DNA from: an uncultured Gammaproteobacteria bacterium
GTDB taxonomy: Bacteria > Patescibacteriota > Microgenomatia > Levybacterales > GWA1-39-11
DNA length: 64,000 bases
Reading direction: 5' to 3'
Assembly: GCA_964537315.1 (NCBI GenBank)
Contig: CAZIAP010000002.1
Location: 107,237-171,236, forward strand
Part shown: positions 32,095 through 41,464 of the stretch, one piece after another
Layout of the letters: every line of letters begins with the position of its first letter
Position numbering within the stretch: the first letter of the stretch is position 1
Program-made: the position numbers and the translations under genes
Notes under the pieces: generated by a model
Database searches by the model: none
What the model was told of the DNA's origin: nothing
Seen by the model: the letters and a program-made list of their open reading frames with translations, nothing else

Positions 32095-32256
32095 AATAAT
32101 CCACCTTCACAAACCAACTCTCCTAGCTTTTAATTTTCACTTGTTTCACTTTATATGTGCAGAACCATTATAATGGTAGACCACACTTGAAGTAGAATTA
32201 AATATTTTCTTATAATGACTTTTTGTTTACTTCAATATTCGTAGTACAATACATCT

Positions 32257-33051
32257 ATGGTTGATAGTCATTGTCATTTAAATTTTCATAAGTTTGCAGA
32301 CGACGTAGATGAGGTTGTACAACGTGCAACTGAGTCAGGAGTAAGCAAGATCGTAAATGTCGGAACTCAAATCAGCTCCAGTAGGGAGGCAATAATGCTT
32401 GCTGAGAAATTTGATTCATGCTTTGCAGTAGTAGGAATTCATCCTCATCATGCAGATAAAGTTGATAACGATTGGGTTAAAGATTTAGAAAGCCTTATAT
32501 CAAACGAAAAAGTAATCGCAGTTGGAGAGTGCGGACTTGATTACTTTTCTTATCAATCCAACGGTATAGTTGACCCGAAAGTTCAAAAAAAGGTATTTGA
32601 GACGCAGATTGAAATTGCATATAGATCAAAACTCCCGCTTGTGATTCATAACCGACACGCGGGAAAAGAGATCATTGAGATTCTCTCGTACTATAAATCT
32701 TCATTGTTAAATCTCCCAGGGATGTTTCACTGTATGTCAGGTGATCTCGATCTATTGCATCAGGTGTTAGATCTAGGATTTTATGTAGGTTTTGACGGTA
32801 ATATAACTTATCCAAAATTAGCTCCTGGCGAGACGGTGCATTTACAAGATTTGGTACGTGCCGCCCCTTTGGATAAAATCTTAATTGAAACGGATAGTCC
32901 ATATCTAACTCCCATTCCACATCGAGGTAAAAGAAATGAGCCAAAAAATGCTATAATAATTGGTGAATTTATTGCTAGTTTAAAAGGAGTCTCATTAGAA
33001 GAAGTTGATTTCGTTACTACGAAGAATTTTTCAACAGTGTTTTCCATATAA
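32257..33051 (+). CDS. tatD: TatD-family DNase
   Basis: DSHCH, GIHP, VGECGLD, IHNR, HC, ETDSPY. Confidence 0.93.
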   Translation: MVDSHCHLNFHKFADDVDEVVQRATESGVSKIVNVGTQISSSREAIMLAEKFDSCFAVVGIHPHHADKVDNDWVKDLESLISNEKVIAVGECGLDYFSYQSNGIVDPKVQKKVFETQIEIAYRSKLPLVIHNRHAGKEIIEILSYYKSSLLNLPGMFHCMSGDLDLLHQVLDLGFYVGFDGNITYPKLAPGETVHLQDLVRAAPLDKILIETDSPYLTPIPHRGKRNEPKNAIIIGEFIASLKGVSLEEVDFVTTKNFSTVFSI

Positions 33052-33059
33052 ATTTAATT

Positions 33060-34559
33060 ATGCACGCTTTTTTTGATCGCATTTTCTATACATATCCCGT
33101 AAAAACTAGGAGAAGTCTTGAAATTCTTCCTCCATTAGTATCACTTACTTTAATCAGTATGCCTGTTTGGGGAGCGTTGCTCTTTCCAGTACAGCTTGCA
33201 TACTTTATTATTTTTTTTGATATTTACTTTTTGTGGAAGTCGATCTATTTAGTAGTTACAGCATTTATTTCAGCACGAAAGATTAAAAAAACTGAAGAGG
33301 TGAACTGGGTGAAAAAGGCTGAGAAGCTTGAACACTTTAAAGATACCCACCACGTCATAATTATTCCTAGTTATACAGAGAGCGCTTCAAAACTTTCCCG
33401 AACCATTGAAACACTTAAAAATCAAACTTTTCCCCGAGAGCGTATCCATGTTTATTTAGCTCTCGAAAAAAGGGAAGAAAATGTTGAAGAAAAAGCTGAG
33501 AACTTAGTGGCACTATTCAAAGGTTCATTTGGTACATTTTCATACACGCTACATCCTGATGTAGAAGGAGAGGTAAAGGGAAAATCTTCTAACCAGGCAT
33601 ATGCGGTGAAGTATGCATACAAAGATTTGATAGAAAAAAGAGGTTTAGATATTAATTATATGACTGTGTCTTCTGTAGATGCAGATGCTATATTTGATCC
33701 TCAGTACTATGCAAATCTTGCTTATCACTTTCTTGTCTCCTCGAATCCACACCTTCATATATGGCAATCAGCAACAGTATTTTATAACAACTTCTGGGAA
33801 ATCCCAGCTTTTACGCGCGTTATGACCTTTTTTAGTGGTCTGTGGCGTACGGCTTTATTGGTTCAAGGACTCCGTCTTCTGCCTCACTCTACCTATTCAT
33901 TATCACTCAAACTTTTGCATGACATTGGGTATTGGGACACAGATGTAATCCCGGAAGATTATAGAATCTTCTTTAAAGCGTTTTATAAAACGAAGGGACA
34001 AGTATCAGTCGAACCGATATTTCTAAAAACTTCTTTGGATGCTGCTCAGTCACATACTTATCGCGCAAGTCTTATGAATAAATATAATCAAGAACGAAGA
34101 TGGGCTTGGGGTGTGTCTGATGATGCATTATACCTAAAGTGGTGGTTTACAGTTCCTGGAGTCCCGTTTATAAAAAAAACATACCTGATGTATTATGTAT
34201 TGCTTGACCACATACTTTGGCCAGTTGCTTGGTTCCTGATTACTGTCTCTGCAAACTTAGTCGTGCTAATTAATCCAATATTTTCGCGTACTAGCTTAGG
34301 GTATTATCTCCCACAGTTATCAGGATTTATAATTACTCTTACACTTGTGTCACTTATTGCAATGATGTACATCGATTACACAATACATAGGTACAAACAT
34401 TATAAAAAGCCCTCTTTATGGAGAAGACTTTTATTTCCTTTAGAGTTTATTGTAATGCCTGTTGCAGGATTTTTTCTGTCTGCACTACCTGCACTAATTT
34501 CTCATTTGCAACTATTCTTTGGTAAGCGATTGGAATATAAAGTAACAGAAAAAGTGTAA
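33060..34559 (+). CDS. Membrane-embedded glycosyltransferase family 2 (processive-type motifs)
   Basis: GKSSN, DAD, PED, QERRW (QxxRW); flanking TM helices. Confidence 0.82.
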   Translation: MHAFFDRIFYTYPVKTRRSLEILPPLVSLTLISMPVWGALLFPVQLAYFIIFFDIYFLWKSIYLVVTAFISARKIKKTEEVNWVKKAEKLEHFKDTHHVIIIPSYTESASKLSRTIETLKNQTFPRERIHVYLALEKREENVEEKAENLVALFKGSFGTFSYTLHPDVEGEVKGKSSNQAYAVKYAYKDLIEKRGLDINYMTVSSVDADAIFDPQYYANLAYHFLVSSNPHLHIWQSATVFYNNFWEIPAFTRVMTFFSGLWRTALLVQGLRLLPHSTYSLSLKLLHDIGYWDTDVIPEDYRIFFKAFYKTKGQVSVEPIFLKTSLDAAQSHTYRASLMNKYNQERRWAWGVSDDALYLKWWFTVPGVPFIKKTYLMYYVLLDHILWPVAWFLITVSANLVVLINPIFSRTSLGYYLPQLSGFIITLTLVSLIAMMYIDYTIHRYKHYKKPSLWRRLLFPLEFIVMPVAGFFLSALPALISHLQLFFGKRLEYKVTEKV

Positions 34560-36017
34560 ATGATGAAAAACCTTCTAGGATCGTGGAAACCATATCCTCA
34601 TTTTTTTATATTAAGTGCAGTATTGCTATTTACGTTTCTTAGAATGCCTTCATTAATAGAGCCGTACTGGTACGGAGACGAAGGAATATACGCAGTTATA
34701 GGACAATCATTGCGTGATGGAGCTGTTCTATATAAAGATATTTGGGATAATAAGCCACCGGTACTATATCTTCTTTATGCAGCTGTAAATGGAGAACTCT
34801 TATGGATTAAAGGAATGTCTTTAATTTTTGGGGCAGCTACCGTATTTGCAATCTTTAAACTTGCTGAAAAACTCTTAAAAGATAAACGTGCGGTTATTGT
34901 ATCTGTAACTGTGTTCACTTTTCTTTTTGGTTTGCCCATATTAGAGGGAAATATCGCAAATGCAGAAAATTTTATGTTGCTTCCTTTAAGCGTAGCATTT
35001 TATTTTATTTTGCGTAACGGATCTGTAACTACGTATATTGCAGCAGGTTTATTAATCTCTCTTGCAGCGATGATAAAAATAGTGGCGGTATTTGATCTTG
35101 CTGCAATATTGTTTATCATGGCTCTGATGCAGATAAAAGACAAGCGAGCTATTAAATCTGGCTTAATCAGTTTTATCAACAATAAAAAAACTTTGGGTTT
35201 TATTTTAGGTGTACTATTTATCCCTTTACTAGTATTTATATATTATTTAAACATACAGGCCGTACAGTATTTACTTTCATCAGTCTTCACAAATAACGTA
35301 GGTTACGTGGGGGTAAATAATTATTTTCTTTTTCCATTAGGATTAATTTTATTAAAAATTATAATATTGGTTGCTGCTCTAACGACAATTTTTATATTTC
35401 GCAAAGCACTCTCTAGAGAAGAAATTGTAATATACTCCTGGCTAGCATTTGGATTATTTAGTGTTTTTTTTTCAGATAGACCGTATATTCATTACCTCTT
35501 AATGGGTTTACTGCCTTTTTCATTACTAGTTGGATATCTTATCAAACGCCCTAGAACTGTCTCAGTCTTAGTGATTGCCGTAATTATTGTGCTCTCTCAA
35601 GCATATTTTTCTGTCTATAAAAAAAATATCAAGTATTATATAAATTTTGCCGAGTATGTATTCGCAGATAAATCATTTCGAGAATATACAGCCTTCTTTG
35701 ATAGAAATTCTGTAATTGATTATGATATTGCAGGAATAATGAGAACAATCATGGATAAGCAGGACTCAGTATATTACTGGAGTGACAGTGCTCAACTTTA
35801 CTTGCTTACCGGAGTTCGTCCTTTTACTAAGTATATTGTGGCGTATCATAATCTGGGCTATGAGGAGGCACTAGCTCAAACATCAAGAGAAATTCAAGAG
35901 AAAAGGCCTAAATATATTGTATCAACCAAAAATATGCCAATTTACTTTAATCTTTTAGATGAATATGAATTAAAATATACTATAGAATCAGCACGAATTT
36001 ATGAAAAACGCCTTTAA
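34560..36017 (+). CDS. ArnT/PMT-like GT-C glycosyltransferase
   Basis: WYGDEGIY, LYKDIWDNKPP, ANAENF; many TM. Confidence 0.8.
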   Translation: MMKNLLGSWKPYPHFFILSAVLLFTFLRMPSLIEPYWYGDEGIYAVIGQSLRDGAVLYKDIWDNKPPVLYLLYAAVNGELLWIKGMSLIFGAATVFAIFKLAEKLLKDKRAVIVSVTVFTFLFGLPILEGNIANAENFMLLPLSVAFYFILRNGSVTTYIAAGLLISLAAMIKIVAVFDLAAILFIMALMQIKDKRAIKSGLISFINNKKTLGFILGVLFIPLLVFIYYLNIQAVQYLLSSVFTNNVGYVGVNNYFLFPLGLILLKIIILVAALTTIFIFRKALSREEIVIYSWLAFGLFSVFFSDRPYIHYLLMGLLPFSLLVGYLIKRPRTVSVLVIAVIIVLSQAYFSVYKKNIKYYINFAEYVFADKSFREYTAFFDRNSVIDYDIAGIMRTIMDKQDSVYYWSDSAQLYLLTGVRPFTKYIVAYHNLGYEEALAQTSREIQEKRPKYIVSTKNMPIYFNLLDEYELKYTIESARIYEKRL

Positions 36018-36354
36018 TACCTTACTTTCTGATAATATTATAAAAGTATCATCCGGAGCTTCATTTTTGCTTCTCTTGATTGCCACATTGCTAATAGCAT
36101 TTTTTTATCAAAAGCTTCCTCCTTATATTCCTTTCTTTAATAGTTTACCGTGGGGAACAGAGAGGTTGTTTTCATCTGTAATTGTGGTTTTTCTTCCATT
36201 AATTTTCCTTTTGGTTTTAATTATCAATAATGCACTTAGCGCGTACGTATATGAAAAACATGCTTTGATTGCCAGAATGATTTCATTTAATGGTTTACTT
36301 GTGATTCTTTTGGGATTTCTTGCCTACTTACAAATTGTACTGTTAGTATTATGA
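36001..36354 (+). CDS. Small membrane protein (DUF1648-like)
   Basis: Three TM helices, 'LPPYIPFF..LPWG'; overlaps the upstream gene. Confidence 0.6.
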   Translation: MKNAFNTLLSDNIIKVSSGASFLLLLIATLLIAFFYQKLPPYIPFFNSLPWGTERLFSSVIVVFLPLIFLLVLIINNALSAYVYEKHALIARMISFNGLLVILLGFLAYLQIVLLVL

Positions 36355-36357
36355 CCT

Positions 36358-37416
36358 ATGCTTAACACGCTAATAATATCGCTCGTTACCAGTTTTGTGA
36401 TTATGATTATTCTGACCCCTTTGGCTATAAAGGTGATAAAGAGACTAAAATTGATTGACGACCCTACCACACACAAGCATCCAGCAATTATTCACTCTCG
36501 TCCGATTCCCAGGGGAGGAGGACTGCCTATTTATATCTCATTAGTAAGTAGTATGATAATTTTTCTTCCTTTAACACCAATTTTTATTGGAGTAATAGCA
36601 GCAGGGTTACTGGTAGTTGGAGTAGGATTGCTTGACGATAGGTATGATATCTCACCATATGTTCGTTTTTTTATGAACATTGTTTCGGCAGTGTTAGTTG
36701 TTTGGTCTGGTGTAACAATTCCTTTTATTACACATCCATTAGGAGGAATATTGAGGTTTGATGATTTTAGTGTTACTTTAGGTACATTCTCAGTTGTGTT
36801 ACCATTGGCACATATTCTTGCAGTAGTTTGGATTATTTGGGTTATGAACATGCTGAACTGGAGTAAAGGAGTAGACGGACAAATGCCGGGTATTGCAGCA
36901 ATATCCGCAATTATTATTGGTATCGCAGCTCTTAGGTTTGGAATAATTGATGAGTCAAGTAGCAATACAGCGATATTTTCATTTATTATCGCTGGAACGG
37001 CGCTTGGATTTTTGGTATATAATTTTTATCCAGCACGAATATTTCCAGGATATAGCGCAACTATTTTAGGTTTTGCAATAGGTGTGGCTTCTATACTTTC
37101 TAGTGTAAAGCTTGCGACGGCGCTACTTGTTATGGGAATACCTGCTGCTGATGCATTATTTACAATTGCCAGAAGACTAGCGGCTAAAAAGTCTCCATTC
37201 TGGCATGACAAAGGACACTTGCATCATTTATTGCTTAACCTTGGCATGAGTCAGCGTACCATCGCGTTGTTTTATTGGGGTATGTCCTTTATTTTAGGTC
37301 TTGCTGCACTTACACTTTCGAGTAAAGGAAAAATATTTGCTATAATACTGGTGGTAGTATTGGTAATTGGGTTTATCTTGACATTACGTTTTTTGACGAA
37401 TAAAGAGCGAAAATGA
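36358..37416 (+). CDS. WecA/TagO-like polyprenyl-phosphate HexNAc-1-phosphate transferase (MraY family)
   Basis: PRGGG, GLLDD, NMLNWSKGVDG, NFYPARIF, HLHH. Confidence 0.9.
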   Translation: MLNTLIISLVTSFVIMIILTPLAIKVIKRLKLIDDPTTHKHPAIIHSRPIPRGGGLPIYISLVSSMIIFLPLTPIFIGVIAAGLLVVGVGLLDDRYDISPYVRFFMNIVSAVLVVWSGVTIPFITHPLGGILRFDDFSVTLGTFSVVLPLAHILAVVWIIWVMNMLNWSKGVDGQMPGIAAISAIIIGIAALRFGIIDESSSNTAIFSFIIAGTALGFLVYNFYPARIFPGYSATILGFAIGVASILSSVKLATALLVMGIPAADALFTIARRLAAKKSPFWHDKGHLHHLLLNLGMSQRTIALFYWGMSFILGLAALTLSSKGKIFAIILVVVLVIGFILTLRFLTNKERK

Positions 37417-38357
37417 AGCACTCTCACATTTTTTATCTTCTCAAGCTACTCCGTCCACGCCAGTGGATTAAGAACCTTGCCTTGTTTGCGGGAGTTACTT
37501 TCAGCGGTCAACTTTTTGAATCTGAAGCGCTAGTGAGGGTAGGGATCGCGTTTATTGCGTTTTGTTTTCTTTCATCGGCTACTTATATCCTCAATGATGT
37601 GCTTGATATAAAAAAGGACAGGTTGCATCCTTTCAAAAGAAACAGACCTCTTGCAAGTGGTAAAGTAAGCCCTATTGAAGCAGTAATAATTTTCGTGGTA
37701 CTGCTTTCTTCTTCTTTAACACTTGCTTATCAGCTCGAAGGGATGTTTATTGTACTTGCAGTAGTTTATCTTGCTTTGCAGGTCTCCTACTCAGTGTTAT
37801 TTAAAGGTGTAGTAATTTTTGATATTTTCTTTATTGCTTCCGGTTATATTTTACGTGTGCTAGCAGGAGGAGAAATTGTAAATTATCATATTTCAGTGTG
37901 GTTATTACTTACTACTGTCTCACTTTCACTCTTTTTAGCTGTTGGTAAACGTAGGTCTGAGTTAACCTTACTTAAAAACGTAAAAGCAAGCAAAATTCAG
38001 GAGATTCGTCGGAGTCTTTCACATTATTCAGAAAATCTACTTGATGCGTATACTGCCATATTTGCTACTACGGCCGTTATGTTTTATACGATGTTTACGT
38101 TTTTAGAACATCCACGTGGAATTCGTATTAATATAGAACTCTTCCTACCAGAGTTTTTGCCTTATTACTTACAAAGAAAATGGTTGATGATCACAATTTT
38201 GCCGGTAATTTACGGAATCATGCGTTATATGCAGGACATTTATGAAAAAAGTGAGGGTGAAAGTCCTGACCGTGTACTATTGGCTGATAAGGCACTACTG
38301 GCGTCAGTAATTTCATGGGTAATTTTAGTAATCGTAATTATTTACTTTATTGGGTGA
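37413..38357 (+). CDS. UbiA-family polyprenyl-phosphate phosphoribosyltransferase (DPPR synthase-like)
   Basis: RPRQWIKN, YILNDVLD..KDRLHP.K..RPLASG, GKRRSE. Confidence 0.88.
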   Translation: MKHSHIFYLLKLLRPRQWIKNLALFAGVTFSGQLFESEALVRVGIAFIAFCFLSSATYILNDVLDIKKDRLHPFKRNRPLASGKVSPIEAVIIFVVLLSSSLTLAYQLEGMFIVLAVVYLALQVSYSVLFKGVVIFDIFFIASGYILRVLAGGEIVNYHISVWLLLTTVSLSLFLAVGKRRSELTLLKNVKASKIQEIRRSLSHYSENLLDAYTAIFATTAVMFYTMFTFLEHPRGIRINIELFLPEFLPYYLQRKWLMITILPVIYGIMRYMQDIYEKSEGESPDRVLLADKALLASVISWVILVIVIIYFIG

Positions 38358-39216
38358 CTTCTTTAACATATCTTCCGCTTACCCATCCTGATTTTCCATC
38401 CGGTAAAGTAATTTTGTACCATCCGCTCTGTTCGTCTGTATAAGGAAATATCTCTCCTGGCTCTACTGTCGTAACTTCAGCAGTTGCAGTAGATGGACCT
38501 GTCCGTACTCGCAAAAATCCTACTCCAGTATTCTCAATCTCAACTCGTGGAGTAGTATCCTCAGGTTCTGTTTCACTTGGAGTTGGTGTGGGAGTAGGAC
38601 TTACTTTTTCCAGATTACTAGATGTGTTTTCTGCTGACTCTGTTCCTAAGTAGGCGGAGATGATTAGCTTGTACTGCGGAACAGTACGAACTCTAATTGT
38701 TTTTTTAGCAAATCCTTCTTTTTGAATCTCTACTTCATGTTCGGAGGGGGAAATAGATTCTAAATGAAATGGACTTGTTCCTCTCGGAGTACTGTTGACT
38801 GCGACCATTGCAGAGTCTGGGATTGTTCCAACAAATAACTGCGGTTCTTGCGATGAAGTTTTCTCAAGAGTCAGAACGTATGCGCTGGCAAGAGACCCTG
38901 GAAGAAAGGTACGTTCCACTGCAGTAAGTACACCGGGTTCAACTTTGACTTTTACGACAAAGGGGGTAAACTGTGTATCGTTTGGAACTATTTTTACTGT
39001 ATATTCCCCTTGTACAATGGTATTGTTTTGCTCACATTTACATAAAGGGGTCTCGCCAAGCAACTTATCATCAAGATATACCTGACTTGCAATGTTTGCG
39101 GTAACCTGCAATGCTCCCTGACCGGAAGGGCGGAGTGTTTGAATTACCTGTGTGAGTAAGAATAGTCCGACAAGAATTAAAATCACCGCCAGAACTAACA
39201 GAAGATTACGTCTCAT
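38347..39216 (-). CDS. PEGA-domain plus C-terminal SH3 surface protein
   Basis: Two PEGA-like repeats (VYLD..LGETP; V.VN..PRGTSP); 'LRVRTGPS...WYKI...GWVSG.YV' SH3b. Confidence 0.85.
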   Translation of the reverse strand: MRRNLLLVLAVILILVGLFLLTQVIQTLRPSGQGALQVTANIASQVYLDDKLLGETPLCKCEQNNTIVQGEYTVKIVPNDTQFTPFVVKVKVEPGVLTAVERTFLPGSLASAYVLTLEKTSSQEPQLFVGTIPDSAMVAVNSTPRGTSPFHLESISPSEHEVEIQKEGFAKKTIRVRTVPQYKLIISAYLGTESAENTSSNLEKVSPTPTPTPSETEPEDTTPRVEIENTGVGFLRVRTGPSTATAEVTTVEPGEIFPYTDEQSGWYKITLPDGKSGWVSGRYVKEVTQ

Positions 39217-39273
39217 GCGTATTCACTATCATACCAAACTTTTCTATTACGGCTCAAGGAAAATTTTTACTAA

Positions 39274-40707
39274 TTACGGTTTGCTGTTACCAGCTAAACG
39301 AGGAAACAGACCTGGCTGTGAAGAAACTAATGGTGCAGAATATTGGTCAAGGATATTTTCCGCTGTACTTGGCATAAATGGTTGTAGATCAAAAGCAATT
39401 TGAGCGATACTTTCAATATATGGATCCAATACCTTGGATAGCTCATCTTCTTCAAGTTTCCATGGAGCATCATTGTTAATTTGTTTATCTGTTTCAGATA
39501 TTCGTTTCCAAATATCAGCTAAAGCCTTGTCAAACGAGTATTTATTTAGGTTATCTGTTACATCTTGGGAAAATTTTGTTACTTTAATGCCTCTTTTATT
39601 CACTTTTTCACATAAACGAGCAACTCGCGCGGTTAAGTTTCCAAGGCCGTTAGCTAGGTCAGCAGTATAAACTTCTCGCAGTCTTCTTTCTGAAAAATCT
39701 CCGTCTGATGCAGACGGAATTTCTCGTAAAAAATAATATCTCAGTGCATCAACACCATATCCGTCGATCATTTCTATTGGATCAATAACATTTCCCAATG
39801 TCTTACTCATTTTTTTACCGTCCACTGTAAAGTAACCGTGTACAAATATTTCTTTAGGAGACTTTAATCCTGCGGATTTCAGAAAAGCTGGCCAATAAAC
39901 AGCATGGAAGCGAGTTATACCTTTGCCTATTATATGAAGGTCAGCTGGCCACCATTTGTTATAGTTATCATCGTCATATGCAAATCCTATTCCACTTTGG
40001 TAAATGTTGAGTGCATCGAACCACACATACATCCTCTGCGTATCATCTCCTGGAACTGGCACTCCCCAGTTTTTTGCTCTTTCGTTTGAGCGAGAAATAC
40101 TGATATCTTGCAGACCATTTCTAACAAAAGAGAGCATCTCATTTTTACGTGATGTAGGAGTTATTTTAAGTGTATCAGACTTAATTAACTCTTCAATATA
40201 TGATTGATATTTAGACAGCCTGAAAAAGTAATTTTCTTCTGTAACTTCTTCCAGAGCTTTTCCGGGATGCTCAAAACACTCGCCTTTCTCATCTAGTTCT
40301 GACGGCTCGTAAAATTGCTCACACCCAACGCAGTATAAGCCAGAGTACGATTTTTTATATATATCTCCATTGTTATCACAGAGTTCCCATAACTTTTGCG
40401 AAGACTTGTGGTGTTGGGGGTTACTGCCTTTTTGGAACACATCAAATCTTACGTCAAGGGACTTTGCTAATTTTTGAAAAAGTTCACTATTTTCGTCAAT
40501 GAATGTTTGAACATCTTTGCCTACATTTTCTGCTGCCTGTACATTTTTTATCGCGTTTTCATCAGAGCCGGATAGTAAGGTTACTTCGTCTCCAAGCAAT
40601 TTTCTGTAACGTCTTATTACATCTGCTTGAACAAACTCTAGAGCATGTCCTACATGTGGTTTTGCGTTTACATAAGGGATTGCAGTTGTAAGATAATACT
40701 TGCTCAT
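39274..40707 (-). CDS. metG: Methionyl-tRNA synthetase (no C-terminal OB domain)
   Basis: TTAIPYVN..PHVGH, YVWFDAL, GKGITRFH, KMSK; start at 40707 (MSKYY). Confidence 0.96.
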   Translation of the reverse strand: MSKYYLTTAIPYVNAKPHVGHALEFVQADVIRRYRKLLGDEVTLLSGSDENAIKNVQAAENVGKDVQTFIDENSELFQKLAKSLDVRFDVFQKGSNPQHHKSSQKLWELCDNNGDIYKKSYSGLYCVGCEQFYEPSELDEKGECFEHPGKALEEVTEENYFFRLSKYQSYIEELIKSDTLKITPTSRKNEMLSFVRNGLQDISISRSNERAKNWGVPVPGDDTQRMYVWFDALNIYQSGIGFAYDDDNYNKWWPADLHIIGKGITRFHAVYWPAFLKSAGLKSPKEIFVHGYFTVDGKKMSKTLGNVIDPIEMIDGYGVDALRYYFLREIPSASDGDFSERRLREVYTADLANGLGNLTARVARLCEKVNKRGIKVTKFSQDVTDNLNKYSFDKALADIWKRISETDKQINNDAPWKLEEDELSKVLDPYIESIAQIAFDLQPFMPSTAENILDQYSAPLVSSQPGLFPRLAGNSKP

Positions 40708-40762
40708 AGATGTGTTGTATTGTATCAAAAAAAAAGACACATTTCTTTAGTTTGAGGCTAGC

Positions 40763-41143
40763 TTAAGCTGGAGGGTTATTTTTTTGATGAGAGACTTCCT
40801 GAAATTTTTTAGGAGGTTTTCGAAAATAAACTATACTGAGAAGTACAATCAGTAGTAATATCACTACATAAGATCCTTCCGTATATCCAAGCATACGCAG
40901 TAGCAAAGTTGCAACTACAAAAAGCGCAAAGAAAACTCCTTTAATACTATTAAAAAAAATGTAAGTAAATACAAGATACGCGTACAAAAAAATCAATAAA
41001 AAGAATAAAATAATCGGATCAATCATAAAAGTATATAACTCAATTTTTTGATGAGGATCAATAAAATAAACAAGTTCAAATAGTGCAATGCTGAAAATTG
41101 CAATCGCGATAATAAAATGCAGCAGGCGTTTTCTAGAATGCAT
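40763..41143 (-). CDS. Hypothetical four-TM membrane protein
   Basis: Hydrophobic 126-aa ORF with TATACT 6 nt upstream. Confidence 0.6.
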   Translation of the reverse strand: MHSRKRLLHFIIAIAIFSIALFELVYFIDPHQKIELYTFMIDPIILFFLLIFLYAYLVFTYIFFNSIKGVFFALFVVATLLLRMLGYTEGSYVVILLLIVLLSIVYFRKPPKKFQEVSHQKNNPPA

Positions 41144-41156
41144 GTTTATAGTATAG

Positions 41157-41404
41157 AGTATTAAGTATTAATTATTAACGAGTTATTTATTAATGGGTTA
41201 AAAGGTTAAAAAGTTATTGATGAAAGGCTCAATAATTTGAGTAAACCTAAATCTTAAAATCTAAAAATGGTAAGTACTTTTAGAGATAAAAATTTAAATA
41301 GAAAATCGAAAATTGAAAATACATTTTAAAACTACGAACCATAAACTATTAACTAACCCGCTTTTGGGGGATAATCATCCGTGAACTAATAACTATAAAC
41401 TGAT
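41157..41404. repeat. Mosaic of short ~7-nt tandem repeat runs in a divergent intergenic region
   Basis: AGTATTA-AGTATTA-ATTATTA (41157); AAACCTA-AATCTTA-AAATCTA (41243); AAATAGA-AAATCGA-AAATTGA (41296); AACTACG-AACCATA-AACTATT-AACTAAC (41330); AACTAAT-AACTATA-AACTGAT (41384). Confidence 0.65.
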
Positions 41405-41464
41405 ATTCTGTTGACTTTATATTTTTGCTTCTGTTACTCTTAAACTAGCGAGATTTATATTTAT

